A stretch of DNA of 58,390 nt, from assembly GCF_006345805.1 (NCBI RefSeq), contig NW_021833620.1:1-58390 (forward strand). The letters are read 5' to 3'. The notes under the pieces were generated by a model. That model ran no database searches. It saw only the letters and a list, made by a program, of their open reading frames with translations, and was not told the DNA's origin. Below, piece by piece: positions 1 through 12,254 of the stretch (its first letter is position 1; each line of letters starts with the position of its first letter). Position numbers and translations under genes: made by a program. The stretch comes from Octopus sinensis. Its lineage: Eukaryota.

Positions 1-446
1 AAATTTATGCAGCAAAAGCGAAGATAGAAATCTTCTTTATTTGAACGTGTGTTTGCTCCGAGGGAAAGTAATCAAACGCCCGGTGGCAATTCTAGGCAAC
101 TCACGATAAGAAGGGGAGATAATGTTATGAAACAAGATTTCTGTAAAACTGATCATGTCATTAAGACTTTTTTTTTTACTAGATACGAGAGAACTGCTGT
201 GTGTGTGCGTATGTGTGTGTGTGGGCGCGTCCGTGTGTGCGTCTTTGTATGGCAGTGCACTCCTGTTCACACACACACACACACACACACATACACATAC
301 ACATATACATATATATAAAATGGAATAATTATACAAAATGTATAAATAGACGATGTGTAGAGCACCGACACAGTTTAGCTTACCTGTTGTTACCTGTAAA
401 TTTACTCCAGGAAGATCGCAGTGGAAGTTGGGGTAGCAGTGTTAAA

Positions 447-648
447 GAAATACGAGATGGATTGTGTATTAGACTTTATTAAGTACAGCACATGTTTTGA
501 CCCGTCGTTCTGTGTCTCTTCGAGTACATCAATTAAAGAAGTCGCACTAGGGATCACTTGGGTCAGCTTGCTGACCGCTATATGTCCATATGTCCATCAG
601 CATGTGTTGTACTTAATAAAGTCTAATATACATTCGATCTTCTATTTC
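447..648. repeat. Inverted repeat, ~48 bp arms (447-494 / 601-648) around a ~106 bp spacer
   Basis: gaaatacgagatggattgtgtattagactttattaagtacagcacatg reverse-complements to the 601-648 segment with a few mismatches; the right arm contains AATAAA. Confidence 0.8.
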
Positions 649-939
649 ATTAATACTACACACACACACACAGACACACACACATACTACACACAACACA
701 CACAGACACACACACACACACATACTACACACACACACGCACACGTACACACACACACATATATATATATATATGTATTATGGAGATGTACTTGCATAGC
801 AAGTGACCTGATCTGAGATCGTGTGCTGAAACAAAAACAATTGCACCGTGGAAGGTGCAATTAAGCCACTTAAAAATACACAAAAACGGTTAGATTTAAA
901 TTTAGCTTGTCAAAATATTTTCGTCGCATGTACATCTAT

Positions 940-1003
940 GCATACACACATAACTTACAGGCACACATACATACATACATACATACATACATACATACAT
1001 ACA

Positions 1004-1037
<34 letters not shown>

Positions 1038-1076
1038 AATATACATATATATATATTATTATTATTATTATTATTA

Positions 1077-1140
<64 letters not shown>

Positions 1141-1270
1141 ATGGACCCAGTTATGTAAAACTGTCTACTATACATACCCACATACATACATACATACATA
1201 CATACATACATACATACATACATACATACATACATACATACATACATACATACATACATACGTACATATA
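940..1270. repeat. Compound microsatellite (CATA)n/(ATT)n/(CATA)n
   Basis: Direct reading. Confidence 0.95.
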
Positions 1271-1312
1271 TATCATGAACTAATTGTTACTTTCTCAGAT
1301 GCAGCACGAAAT

Positions 1313-1363
1313 TTTGTCAGGGAACAGATCGCGGTCTCACGGCGACAAAAATATTTTGACAAA
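1313..1363 (+). ncRNA. Hammerhead-shaped three-way junction with a non-canonical core (GGGAACA)
   Basis: Stem I TTTGTCA/TGACAAA, stem II (A)TCGC/GCGA(C), palindromic stem III AATATT; core deviates at positions 3, 4, 8 and 12. Confidence 0.35.
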
Positions 1364-1509
1364 CTAAATTTAAATGTTGAAGTGAATCCAACGGTCTATG
1401 TGCGTTTTAAAGTGGCTTATAAACCTTCTACGCTGTAATTGTGTGTTTGTGTGTTTGTGTGTGTGTGTGTGTGTGCGTGCGTGTGTGTGCGTGTGTGTGC
1501 GTTTGTGTA

Positions 1510-1541
<32 letters not shown>

Positions 1542-1857
1542 TTGTATGAATGTATGTTTGTATGTATGTATTTAATTTTACATATGTCTACAAGGGTTTT
1601 TAATATATGCTCTGTTGACGAAGGCAACACTGAAAGGGATCGTACCTGGGGCCATGTGCTTGAGAATCAAGTCTCTTAACCAGATAACTCTACCTGTGTC
1701 GATAAACATATTACATAATACTTAGAGCTGGTTTCTGCAAGCACATTGAAATGCACATACATATGTAGAATAACATAATGTTTAGTATGTACTAGCGTAT
1801 ACGAATGTCATGTACAGAGAGAGACAGAGAGAGGTGGAGGGGAGAGAGAGAAAGAGT

Positions 1858-1888
<31 letters not shown>

Positions 1889-2669
1889 AAGGAAGGGAGG
1901 GAAAACATAATAGTCAAATTCTGGTGCATTTTAACTGAGAATGACGCCATTTTGTTCAGTAAAGCTTATTATTGAGTTACGATCACAAAGAACTTTACAA
2001 AATGAAAAAAAAGGAAAATAAAAAAAAATAGAAGTAAAAAAGAATACTAAAATAAATGTAAAAAAAAATATCAATAATAGACAAAAGAAAAAAACTACGT
2101 AGTCGGCTTCATATGATGGCCACTATGTGTTGTATAATAGGAGCTATCTGGCAAACAGACTATTTTTCATTCCGGAACACACATAGAATTATAGTCACAT
2201 TTAAATACGTTTCTCAGTCTCTCTCTGTCTCTCTCTCTTTATCTCTCTCACTCTCTCTCTCTCTCCATCGCTCTCTCTCCATCGCTCTCTCTCTTCTTTC
2301 TGTCTTTCACAAACACACACGTTGTATTGATTTCAGTTATATCATTCTTTGTTTCTGTGTATGTACGTCTGTGTTTGTGTGTGTGTATCTACATGCATCT
2401 ATATGTGTGTGTATCTGCGTGTGTATTTGTGAATAGTTATGTGGATGTGTGTGTATACGTATGTATATGTTTTGTCCTTTTTTTTTTTTTCATTTCTGCT
2501 GAGCAGCAACATTTTCCAAAAACGTACATTTTAGTAAATCAATTTGTTTCTATTATCTATGGTTTCCTAGTTTCACAAATTTTCAGGAACCATATTTTTT
2601 GGTTATTTAAACATACCCAGACACACTCATACACACTCACATGTCACTCCTTCTCTTTCTCTCCCTCTC

Positions 2670-2935
<266 letters not shown>

Positions 2936-3320
2936 TAATTGCTATAGCTGCTCTTAAAATTAAAAATACCGAAATCATTACCCAAAGAAATTTCTCAATA
3001 GAAACGTTGTAAAACAAGGAACAAACATAGCTTCGAAGTTTCTCCGAAACTAGCTTGTCGGTTGTAAGAAAAAATATCAAGAAAAAATGGTGAATCAAAA
3101 GAAAAAAGAAGAAAAATGATTTTTCTAAAACTTATTCCATGGAAGTTTTACGTGTTATGCATATGCAACCATATTTGTATGAATATATTCTTCCATTCAA
3201 AATGACGCTGTCTACTTGCGTTAAATGAACTTATTAATGAGTTTGCATCCAATCTGGTACTCGAATATGTTTTCACCTAAGCATTGGTAACATGTTTCTT
3301 GCAATTTACGTAAGGGCTTT

Positions 3321-3888
3321 AAGGCGGCGAGCTGGCAGAAACGTCAGCACGCCGGGCGAAATGCGTAGCCGTATTTCGTCCGCCGTTACGTTCTGAGTTC
3401 AAATTCCGTCGAGGTCGACTTTGCCTTTCATCCTTCCGGGGTCGATTAAATAAGTACCAGTTACGCACTGCAGTCGATGTAATCGACTTAATCCGTTTGT
3501 CTGTCCTTGTTTGCCCCCTCTGTGTTTAGCCCCTTGTGGGCAGTAAAGAAATAGGTATTTCGTCTGCCGCTACGTTCCGAGTTCAAATTCCGCCGAGGTT
3601 GACTTTGCCTTTGATCCTTTTGGGGTCGATAAATTAAGTACCAGTTACGCACTGGAGTCGATGTAATCGACTTAATCCGTTTGTCTGTCCTTGTTTGTCC
3701 TCTCCGTGTTTAGGCCCTTGTGGGTAGTAAAGAAACAGGTATTTTGTCTGCTGTTACGTTCCGAGGTCGACTTCGCCTTTCATCCTTTCGGCATCGATAA
3801 ATTAAGTACCAGTTGCGTACTGGGGCCGATCTAATAGACTGGACCCCTCCCCCAAAATGTTGAGCTTCGTGCTCAGAGTATAAAGAAA
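3321..3888 (+). mobile_element. tRNA-headed SINE type B (Deu/Nin-like central domain), internally trimeric
   Basis: A-box-like GAGCTGGCAGAA, B-box GAGTTCAAATTCC, then GTCGACTTTGCCTTTCATCC..GGGGTCGATAAATTAAGTACCAG repeated three times at ~180 bp spacing. Confidence 0.85.
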
Positions 3889-4304
3889 AAGTTTACATTA
3901 GGGCTTTTGAACACTTCTCAAGCTATTGTTAGAACTAATATTTGCTAATGAAAACCATTTTAGTCCATGCAACGGGAAGATTTTCTACCCATTTTCTATT
4001 CCTTGATAAATAGAAAAAGGAATCATTTCAAAGTAGAGGCTTTACTTTTCATGTAACGTATCTCCCTTTTATCTTTTCTTGTAGCAGGTCTTTGTTAAGG
4101 GATTCCCATTGACTGGAAATGCTAGCGAAAATGATAATATTCATTTGTAAAACTTCTGACTTCCACTCTTTCAACTACTTCGATGATGCCCATTTAATTT
4201 TTCTCATTGTTTTTTTTTTGTTAGTTTTTCACAATTTCATGTCAATTCTCAACACCAAAAAACTACCCAGTCAACAGACAGCAAACTCCGATATTCCTGC
4301 ACAT

Positions 4305-4727
4305 CAGCACAGTGGCTGTGTGGTAAGCATTTTGCCTACCAACCACATGGTTCTGGTTCAGTCCCACTGCATGGCATCTTGGGCAAGTGTCTTCTGCTAA
4401 AGCCTCGGGCCGACCAATGCCTTGTGAGTGGATTTGTGGTAGACGGAAACTGAAAGAAGCCTGTCGTATATATGTATATAATTGTATTTATGTGTATGTA
4501 TATGTTTGTGTGTCTGTGTTTGTCCCTCTAGCATTGCTTGACACCAACCGATGCTGGTGTGTTTCCGTCCCCGTCACTTAGCGGTTCGGCACAAAGAGAA
4601 CCGATAGAATAAGTACTGGGCTTACAAGGAATAAGTCCCGGGGTCGATTTGCTCGACTAAAGGCGGTGCTCCAGCATGCCGCAGTCAAATGACTGAAACA
4701 AGTAAAAGAGTAAAAGAGTAAAGAGTA
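4305..4727 (+). mobile_element. tRNA-headed SINE type A (CORE-like), full length, internal TA/TG microsatellite, (AAAAGAGT)n tail
   Basis: Head TGGCTGTGTGGTAAG...GGTTCAGTCCC, CORE-like GGCATCTTGGGCAAGTGTCTTCT, tail GACTGAAACAAGTAAAAGAGTAAAAGAG; about 13 further copies in the window. Confidence 0.85.
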
Positions 4728-4831
4728 TATGGAGGTGTAAGAATTCTCGTACGAAGATCGCAGTGTCGTGAAACTCCAGTCACAAACTTTACGACTAACA
4801 GTCATAACTCTGCTTAGAATTCTGTCTCTCT

Positions 4832-4963
4832 TTATTCTTTTCTACTCTAGGCACAAGGCCCAACATTTTTGGGGAAAGTGCCAGTTGATTAGATCGACTG
4901 GTACTTAAATGATCGACCTCTAAAGGATGAGAGGCAAAGTCGACCTCGGCGGAATTTGAACTC
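4832..4963 (-). mobile_element. SINE type B, 5'-truncated
   Basis: ggcaaagtcgacctcggcggaatttgaactca is the reverse complement of the type B core. Confidence 0.8.
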
Positions 4964-5337
4964 ATATGCTACAACCAATATTTTTCTCTACTTGGTTTGA
5001 TGGGTTAAAAGCAATTTTGAAAACTAATTTTCGACGAAGTTTTGATATGTTTGGATATTTATGAAGTGATACCTACATCAGTGGAGAACAATAAATTAAA
5101 TTTAGTTTTAAACAGTAAAGATTTACAACATTCTTCACCGTACCTCCCCCCCGCATAGATGTACGCTTAGATATCCTAGTTAACCCGTACACACATACAT
5201 ATACATATATAACACTATATACATACATATAATTATATGTAAATGTATATATATATATATATAATATATATATACATACATATATAACATATATTATATA
5301 TATACATACATATATATATATTATATATATAATGTAT

Positions 5338-5375
<38 letters not shown>

Positions 5376-5387
5376 CCATACATATAT

Positions 5388-5432
<45 letters not shown>

Positions 5433-5722
5433 GCGCATATATATATGTAATATATGTATATACATATATATATATATTAAATAGTATATATACACACAAA
5501 CAACACACACACATACGCACAGATCACACATATATTACAGTATATATATATATATATATATAGGAAGTCTGTAACTGAATTACATAAATATTTATGGTGT
5601 ATACAATATATACAATGAATTTCCGCGTAACGTATTTGAGTACAGTAAAGATATGCGCACATATAACATTACCTCAACCTACACTGTCTGCAAGTATATG
5701 TATATAAACAAGTGTACTCACA

Positions 5723-6728
5723 CAGGCTGCGGTGAATAAATTGTTGTCTAAATTTCGCAAAAATGAAAATAACACTGACATCTCATTTCAACAGATATGT
5801 TCATCAAAATTAAATAAAAATATCTCGAAATACTAAAGTGTAAATTTTTTCAATAAAATCGCTATTCGCTTCAACCACAACTTCCAGACGATTTCAGAAT
5901 CTTCTGCAAATCTTCTGGACAGTCTCCTTGTTTAAGATGGTCAATGCTGCCATAATCCTTGCATTCATTTCATCTTTGGTGTCACAAGGAGTTTGGCTGG
6001 TCTCTCGCTCAGTTGCACCCCGCACCTAATAATCAAGGGGTTGCAGTCTGGGGAGTTAAGTGGCCAGATGTTAGGGGGTGATGTGGTCACAGAAATTGTC
6101 TGACAGCCATGACTGGGTTCTCCTGCTTGTGTGGCAAAGTTCAGAGTCCTGTTGCAAGCAGGGTCTTCCAACATCTACCCTCTTGACCCAGGGCAGCACT
6201 ACCTCTTCCAGGCACTTGATGTAGGCCTCCATATTGAGTCTTGAGGCCGTGTGGGAAGATGAATGGAGGCATAACGTCACCATCACACGTGATCATTCAA
6301 AACACCATGATGTTGACTGGATGTTTGATTTTTATCAATCTCGGTGCATGTCTTCAGATTGCACTGTCCTCAGCTTAACACCCGAACACTGAAATATTAG
6401 TATTGGAGCTTCCGGCATGAATACCAAGCAGTACAGCTTGGTATTTCTGGCATTGGTATTCAACATATTCTCCTCTCAGATTCACACACTTATTGCAGCG
6501 GTGTTTTTCAAGCCCTATGAAAGAACTCGGAAGGCCATTTCTGGTATTTCTGGTATTTCTTGGTATTTCCAAATTTCTGGCAATGAAATGTGTCGTGGTG
6601 CTGTTTTTCTCTCAGACGGTGCCAAACTGACCCTACTATACTGTGTAATCGACAAAATATAAAACAAACAATGCGCATGCGGGAAATTTAAAAATACAAA
6701 ATGGCGACAATTTACCCATTGCAGCCTT
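5723..6728 (-). mobile_element. Decayed, internally deleted Tc1/mariner transposon of DD37D (maT-like) type
   Basis: Minus-strand frameshifted pieces RLNMEAYIKCLEEVVLPWVKRV, QQDSELCHTSRRTQSWLSDNFCDHITPNIWPLNSPDCNPL; 37 residues follow the second catalytic D up to the expected third D. Imperfect ~28 bp TIRs (caggctgcggtgaataaattgtt / ggcgacaatttacccattgcagcct) and TA at the right end. Confidence 0.85.
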
Positions 6729-6879
6729 TATTCATTAGTGTGTATAAATCAACTTACATGTATATAGGTATGAAGACACTAGCACCCCTGGATGAAACAC
6801 ATATATGTTCATACGTTTAATAAGCACAACATCAGACATTTCAAAGCTATTTCTTGGGTGTGATGTGAATTATATTTAC

Positions 6880-7115
6880 TCTGTATTTCTAGAAATTGAT
6901 TTGAAGGACGTTTAGCTGCTGTTTCTAAAAACTAAATATTTAGTCAGGGGTACACTTTGAGGGACATTTACACGCTATTTCTAGAATGGGATTTGAGGAA
7001 AATTTAGTTGCTCTTTCTAAAATGTTATTGTTTAGTCAAGAGTATGTTTCAAGGGCAACTTGATGGCTAATTTTAGTGTGTGATTTTAGAGAGATACGGC
7101 TGCAATTTTAGGGTG
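6880..7115 (+). repeat. Degenerate short-period tandem repeat (gatttgagg..atttagctgct.tttcta motif)
   Basis: The motif recurs several times; related motifs at ~9410, ~16430, ~54500 (minus) and 55265. Confidence 0.5.
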
Positions 7116-7283
7116 CAATTTAAGGGAGAAAGTCCGCAGGACGCATTCTCATTGGGGCCAAAATAACTTTTGTTAAGGCTTATTAACTTCTTTCTCCGAA
7201 ACAGTTTGTGAGCCTGTACCCCATTGCTGCCACGGTGATATGTAGGTATGCAATTTTCAAACCTATATCTAATACATGTGGAA

Positions 7284-7533
7284 GCGCCTGGATTAGTGGT
7301 TAGGGTGTCAGTACCATGATCGTACGATTGTGGTTTCGATTCCTGGACCCGGCGACGCGTTGTGTTCTTGAGCAAAACACTTCATTTCACATTGCTCCAG
7401 TCCACTCAGCCGGCAAAAATGAGTAACGCTGCAATGGACTGGCGTCCCGTCCAGCTTGGGAGAACACATACGCCATAGAAACCGGGAAACCAGGCCCATG
7501 AGCCTGGCGAAGATCTCAAAGGGCGCATTTATT
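7284..7533 (+). mobile_element. tRNA-headed SINE type D
   Basis: TGGATTAGTGG A box, GGTTTCGATTCC B box, body GTGTTCTTGAGCAAAACACTTCATTTCACATTGCTCCAGTCCACTCAGC. Confidence 0.8.
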
Positions 7534-8005
7534 ATTTAAAAAAATATTTAATACATAGTTGAAATGACATGTAACGACTGGGAATCGAAACCGGATCGCA
7601 TAATTAGTATTAGTATATGTTTATATTTACCCTACTGTGCTAGCCAGCAAAATTATCTGCACACATTACGGATGTTTATAACTGATGTAGACATGGAATG
7701 AAAGAATTTACTATTAAATACATGTTTGAAGTGTTGTTATAAACATCCGAAAAAAAGATATATGAGTTTTATAACAACTGGTTTGTAGGGAGGCAGAAAT
7801 GAATGCTGTTTTACACCTATATGTGTGTGTGCGTGCGTATGTACGTATGTGCATGTATATGTGTGCACGTCTGTTTGCGCGTGCGTATAAATAAATAAAT
7901 ACGTATGTATGTATACGTATGTATGTATGTTCCAACTCTATATGGCTGGCTGGCTGGATGGTTAGACGGATGGATGGGTGAATATATGTAAATATACACA
8001 GACGG

Positions 8006-8046
<41 letters not shown>

Positions 8047-8049
<3 letters not shown>

Positions 8050-8385
8050 GGTGGACCAAAATGATCTGACACATTTGGAGGCTTAATAAAAGCACAAAAT
8101 AAGAAAAAATGAAAAGAAAAAATATATTTTCTGAATGTACATACAAAGCCATTTTATTTTATTAAGTTTTAAGAATTAAATCAGCTAAATGTTTCGCATC
8201 ATTGTCAACAGACTGTTAGAGCCGTTCATGAAAGTTATCGATAACTCTATGGATCATTTCTTCTGGAATGGTGAAATGTGATTTCTCCTTGTGGGGATAT
8301 TTAAAATCAAAAGTATTCACTCATCGCCCTCGATCTATTGATGAATTAAAACGTGCAATTTGTGTAGAAATAGCAACCAATCGCA
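8047..8385. mobile_element. Tc1/mariner 3' remnant with an internal inversion
   Basis: TA-CAGGGTGGACCAAAA terminus. Minus strand 8272-8165 gives TIPEEMIHRVIDNFHERL*QSVDNDAKHLADLILKT*; plus strand 8277-8380 gives CDFSLWGYLKSKVFTHRPRSIDELKRAICVEIA. Confidence 0.75.
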
Positions 8386-8619
8386 CTAGAATCCGTTCGA
8401 ACGGACAGCTATGTTGATGTGTCTATGAATATTACTTAAAATCTCAGTACAATTTCATTATTCGTTCCAACTTTATAACAATTACTAAATTAAGAGGATT
8501 TCTCTGTAGCTATGAAGCCATACAATCTGACGAACAGAAGCCATGAGCATAACATAGAAATCCAGTAACAACAGCACAATCCGCCATTTTTATTTAAAGG
8601 AATATCTGAAATGGAAGGA

Positions 8620-8782
8620 GACAAAGGATTTGCAAATAATTGCTTGAAATTTTGGCACAAGGCCAGCAATTTTGAGGAGGGGTAAAATCTTTTACATAGA
8701 AAACCCACCCCAGTACCTGACTTTATTTTATCCACCCCTAAAAGACGAAAAGCAAGGTTGACCTTAGCGGGATTTGAGCTCA
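8620..8782 (-). mobile_element. SINE type B, diverged
   Basis: aaagacgaaaagcaaggttgaccttagcgggatttgagctca. Confidence 0.65.
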
Positions 8783-10387
8783 AAAATGTACAAGTGATAT
8801 TTTCATGATGTAGACCTATTACCTACGATTGTAAGGTGATGAAAATTCGGTATTGTCAATTGATTACAAACAGTGATCATATAGCATATTTTTGGCATAT
8901 CGACTCTGAAGAGATGACAGCAGAATTTGACCCATCTCACATTTGAACCCAGACTGGTAAGTCGCCAAAGTGATTATTCTAAACCAATTTAAACTAAGTT
9001 GTCTCCCCCCACTCACGTTCAAGTTTTTCCCTCTCTCCCACCTGCTCCACCTTAACTAAATTTTAAGACGATAATTACTCCACTGAAATGGAATTTAGCA
9101 TTTGACATTCATCTGTCATTTTGAGCAATTACCTCGGCCAAAATTAATTAGTAATTAATTGTAAATTTTTTTTTTTAATTAAAAATTATTTAACCAAATT
9201 ATGTTGTCTGAAATAACAAGTTTAAATGTTTATCTTTAATAAGCAATAACTATGAAAGGGCATTGAAATTAAAATTCATTTTAATTTACATAGACGCCAT
9301 AAAAATCGTATTTGATATTGCATAAACATTACAATATACCAATAAATCTGTTTATCACAATAAGCCTAAAATGTCAAAGCCAACTAACAAACCTCTGCAT
9401 AGATGCTCGACCTGCTAAAAATAGCAGCAAAAATCTTAGTCGAATCAGAGCCCATTATCTTAAATAGGGAACGAACGTATTAGAAAATATAGTCTTAAAT
9501 CTACCTTTAGAAAGATAGGATTGTGACGATTAGAAATATTTTGAAGGTATGTCTGCAGGTGGAGGGCTTCCCTCCGTCTAAACATCAGCGTAATGACACT
9601 AAATGAAATGGCCCAAGTTGGTCCCCAGCGATGTCATTCTTTTTTTCTTAATAACCGTTTCATTATTGCTGTTGCTGTTGTTGATGATGGTGTTGATGTT
9701 TCAGCTCTTGTTTTGGTTGTTATTGCTGTTGTTTTCGTGGTTGCATATTTTGTCGTTGTCGCTATTATTGTTGCTGCTGTTATTCACGCAGGCACTTTCC
9801 CTCTCCCCGCCACCACCACCGCTGCTGCTGCTGCTGTTGTTGTTGTAGTTGTTGTTTGTTTTATCGGCAGTCGGTCAAACAAAAGTGATCATTGAACGTT
9901 TGTCTACGCTATCTGACACAGATATCTCTCTGCGTGAAAGGCACCGGTTTACGTACGACAATTCGCACGAAATAGTTTCGCATTCTTTTCTTGTTGGAAA
10001 ACGATAATATATGCAGCAACAAGAAAACTAAAAAAAAATAATAATAAAAAAGAATAACAGCATCAATACAAACAACACCAAGAACAGCAATAAAAATGTA
10101 TCTTTCAACCAATCAACAAAAGAACACATTAACAATGGACAATATAACACTGTAATATGAACATGTTCTTTGTTTTCACATGTAACCAAATGCACGGTAA
10201 AATCTATGCTTTGTATGCATGTTATGTAGGTGTGTTATGTTTGTATATGTGTCTCTATATACGCATGCATATATATGGGTAGATGTATTTGTATGTAGTA
10301 CGATCTGTACTCGTCTAACTCTAAATTCTGAAGCGTATTTATTTAGAGTTCTAACAACAGGATATTAGTATTGCTATGGCTAAGCGA

Positions 10388-10428
<41 letters not shown>

Positions 10429-10688
10429 GTATGTATATAACATTAAATTTAGGGTAAAAATTGATATTTATCAATTAGAACTAGTGGTCTAGCATATTAA
10501 AGAAAGAATCCGAAGATTAAAATATTTATATATACCAATTAAGGACTGAACACGAAAAAGTGGACAGTCAACATGCTAGAAATAGACGTCAAATCGTCAT
10601 TCTCCACAAAAAGTCTATGTTCTCAGATCAAACTCAACACAAAACCAAAACAATAAACAAGTGAAAAATATACGAAATAAATATTTAC

Positions 10689-10754
10689 CCATGTAATAAA
10701 TTCAGTTTCGGCTGTTATTTTCCGCAAGGAAAAGTGCAGCCATCATCAGCATGG
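10689..10754 (-). ncRNA. Type I hammerhead ribozyme (antisense arm)
   Basis: The minus strand reads CCATG-CTGATGA-T-GGCTG...CAGCC-GAAACTGAATTTATTA-CATGG, with one substitution (G to T) in stem III. Confidence 0.7.
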
Positions 10755-10789
10755 TCCATATAATTACAGCAAATTACATTTTATAGGGA

Positions 10790-10857
10790 CCATGCTGATG
10801 ATGTGGCTGCACTTTTCCTTGCGGAAAATAACAGCCGAAACTGAATTTAGTACATGG
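10790..10857 (+). ncRNA. Type I hammerhead ribozyme (sense arm)
   Basis: CCATG-CTGATGA-(TGT)-GGCTG[cacttttcc ttgc ggaaaataa]CAGCC-GAA-ACTGA(AT)TTAGT-A-CATGG: stems I, II and III all pair, GUA cleavage triplet ending at 10852; 2 extra nt after the core relative to the other arm. Confidence 0.75.
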
Positions 10858-11045
10858 GTAAATATTTATTTCGTATATTTTTCACTTGTTTATTGTTTTG
10901 GTTTTGGTTGAGTTTGATCTGAGAACATAGACTTTTTGTGGAGAGAATGACGTTTGACGTCTATTTCTAGCATGTTGACTGTCCACTTTTTCGTTGTTCA
11001 GTCCTTAATTGGTATATTAATTAGTATATATATATATAATATATA

Positions 11046-11111
<66 letters not shown>

Positions 11112-11239
11112 ATATATATATATATACATAATATATGTAAAGGTATTTTATAGGCTGCCACATTTCTTGATGGAATTTTTTTCTGTAGAGAAAAAAACTT
11201 CATCCTATATTAGTAGTATATATATACACACACACACAC

Positions 11240-11276
<37 letters not shown>

Positions 11277-11299
11277 GAGATAATGGGGTCATTGACACC

Positions 11300-11860
11300 C
11301 AAAGGTGTCAGGTAATGCTGAATAAGTGCTATAGACAGACCATAGTTAAGTTCCAGATTCGGTAATGTTGCAAATAAAGGGTTCAACGTTGGTTCTATGT
11401 TAGCATGTGTATTTATGAATTTTTTGCGTAATGAGATAAAAAAAAACCAAGGCTGTATAGATATTAGAGCATTTATAGGTAGAAGGTTTTACAGCTGATT
11501 CTAGGATAGTGTGAGAGGAAAAATTAAGTCATAATTAGTTTCGTTGTGATACAAATAGAGAGTGAGGTGGAGGAAAGAAAATAGATGTAAGGTTAATATA
11601 TGTATGGTTATTGAATTCGTAAATCCGTCTTATAGGTATAATGATATATATGTGAAATATTCCAATATCCTTTGAGTAAAATCCAAAAGTTCGACAGTGT
11701 TTAATATGAGTCAATCCAGATATAGAGTTTATAAGCAATGTAAGATTCTCTTAAAGTTGGTCATTCCCAGTAGGGAATTTATATAGTGTGTAGCAGATCC
11801 AAGGTTTGTATTTACTACTACAAACCAATTATGGGCGAAAAGGTCAAACTTACAATATAG
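11300..11860 (-). mobile_element. Possible ancient Penelope-like RT remnant
   Basis: Minus-strand fragment FYLITQKIHK..EPFICNI.SGT resembles the PLE motif FYLLPKIHK...RPIIS; heavily decayed. Confidence 0.3.
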
Positions 11861-11882
11861 CATTATACTTATCATTTGTAGA

Positions 11883-12109
11883 TACTCTTTTACTCTTTTA
11901 CTTGTTTCAGTCATTTGACTACGGCCATGCTGGAGCACCGCCTTTAGTCGAGCAAATCGACCCCAGGACTTATTCTTTGTAAGCCCAGTACTTATTCTAT
12001 CGCTCTCTTTTGCAGAAACGCTAGGTGACGGCGACGTAAACACACCAGCATCGGTTGTCAAGCAATGCTAGGGGAACAAACACAGACACACAAACATAAA
12101 CACACACGC

Positions 12110-12142
<33 letters not shown>

Positions 12143-12251
12143 CACGACGGGCTTCTTTCAGTTTCCATCTACGAAAATTCACTCACAATTCTTTGGTCGA
12201 CCCGAGGCTATAGTAGAAGACACTTGACCAAAGTGCCACGCAATGGGACTA
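11883..12251 (-). mobile_element. SINE type A, head truncated by the adjacent Penelope fragment
   Basis: tactcttttactcttttacttgtttcagtcatttgact tail through gaagacacttgaccaaagtgccacgc. Confidence 0.85.
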
Positions 12252-12254
12252 AAA

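Larger units (their letters stand above)
775..1442. mobile_element. Fold-back element: ~90-100 bp inverted arms (837-927 / 1342-1442) enclosing (CATA)n-(ATT)n-(CATA)n
   Basis: The reverse complement of 837-927 (gcgacgaaaatattttgacaagctaaatttaaat...aagtggctta...ccttccacg) matches 1342-1442 with one short indel; the left arm continues to a (TA)n tract near 760-775. Confidence 0.7.
10441..11017. mobile_element. Non-coding fold-back element in (TA)n: ~230 bp arms (10530-10757 / 10787-11017), 29-nt spacer; probable Penelope-type 3' terminal repeat
   Basis: The arms are near-perfect reverse complements differing mainly by 1-2 nt indels; (TA)n on both sides; each arm carries a hammerhead motif. Confidence 0.85.
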
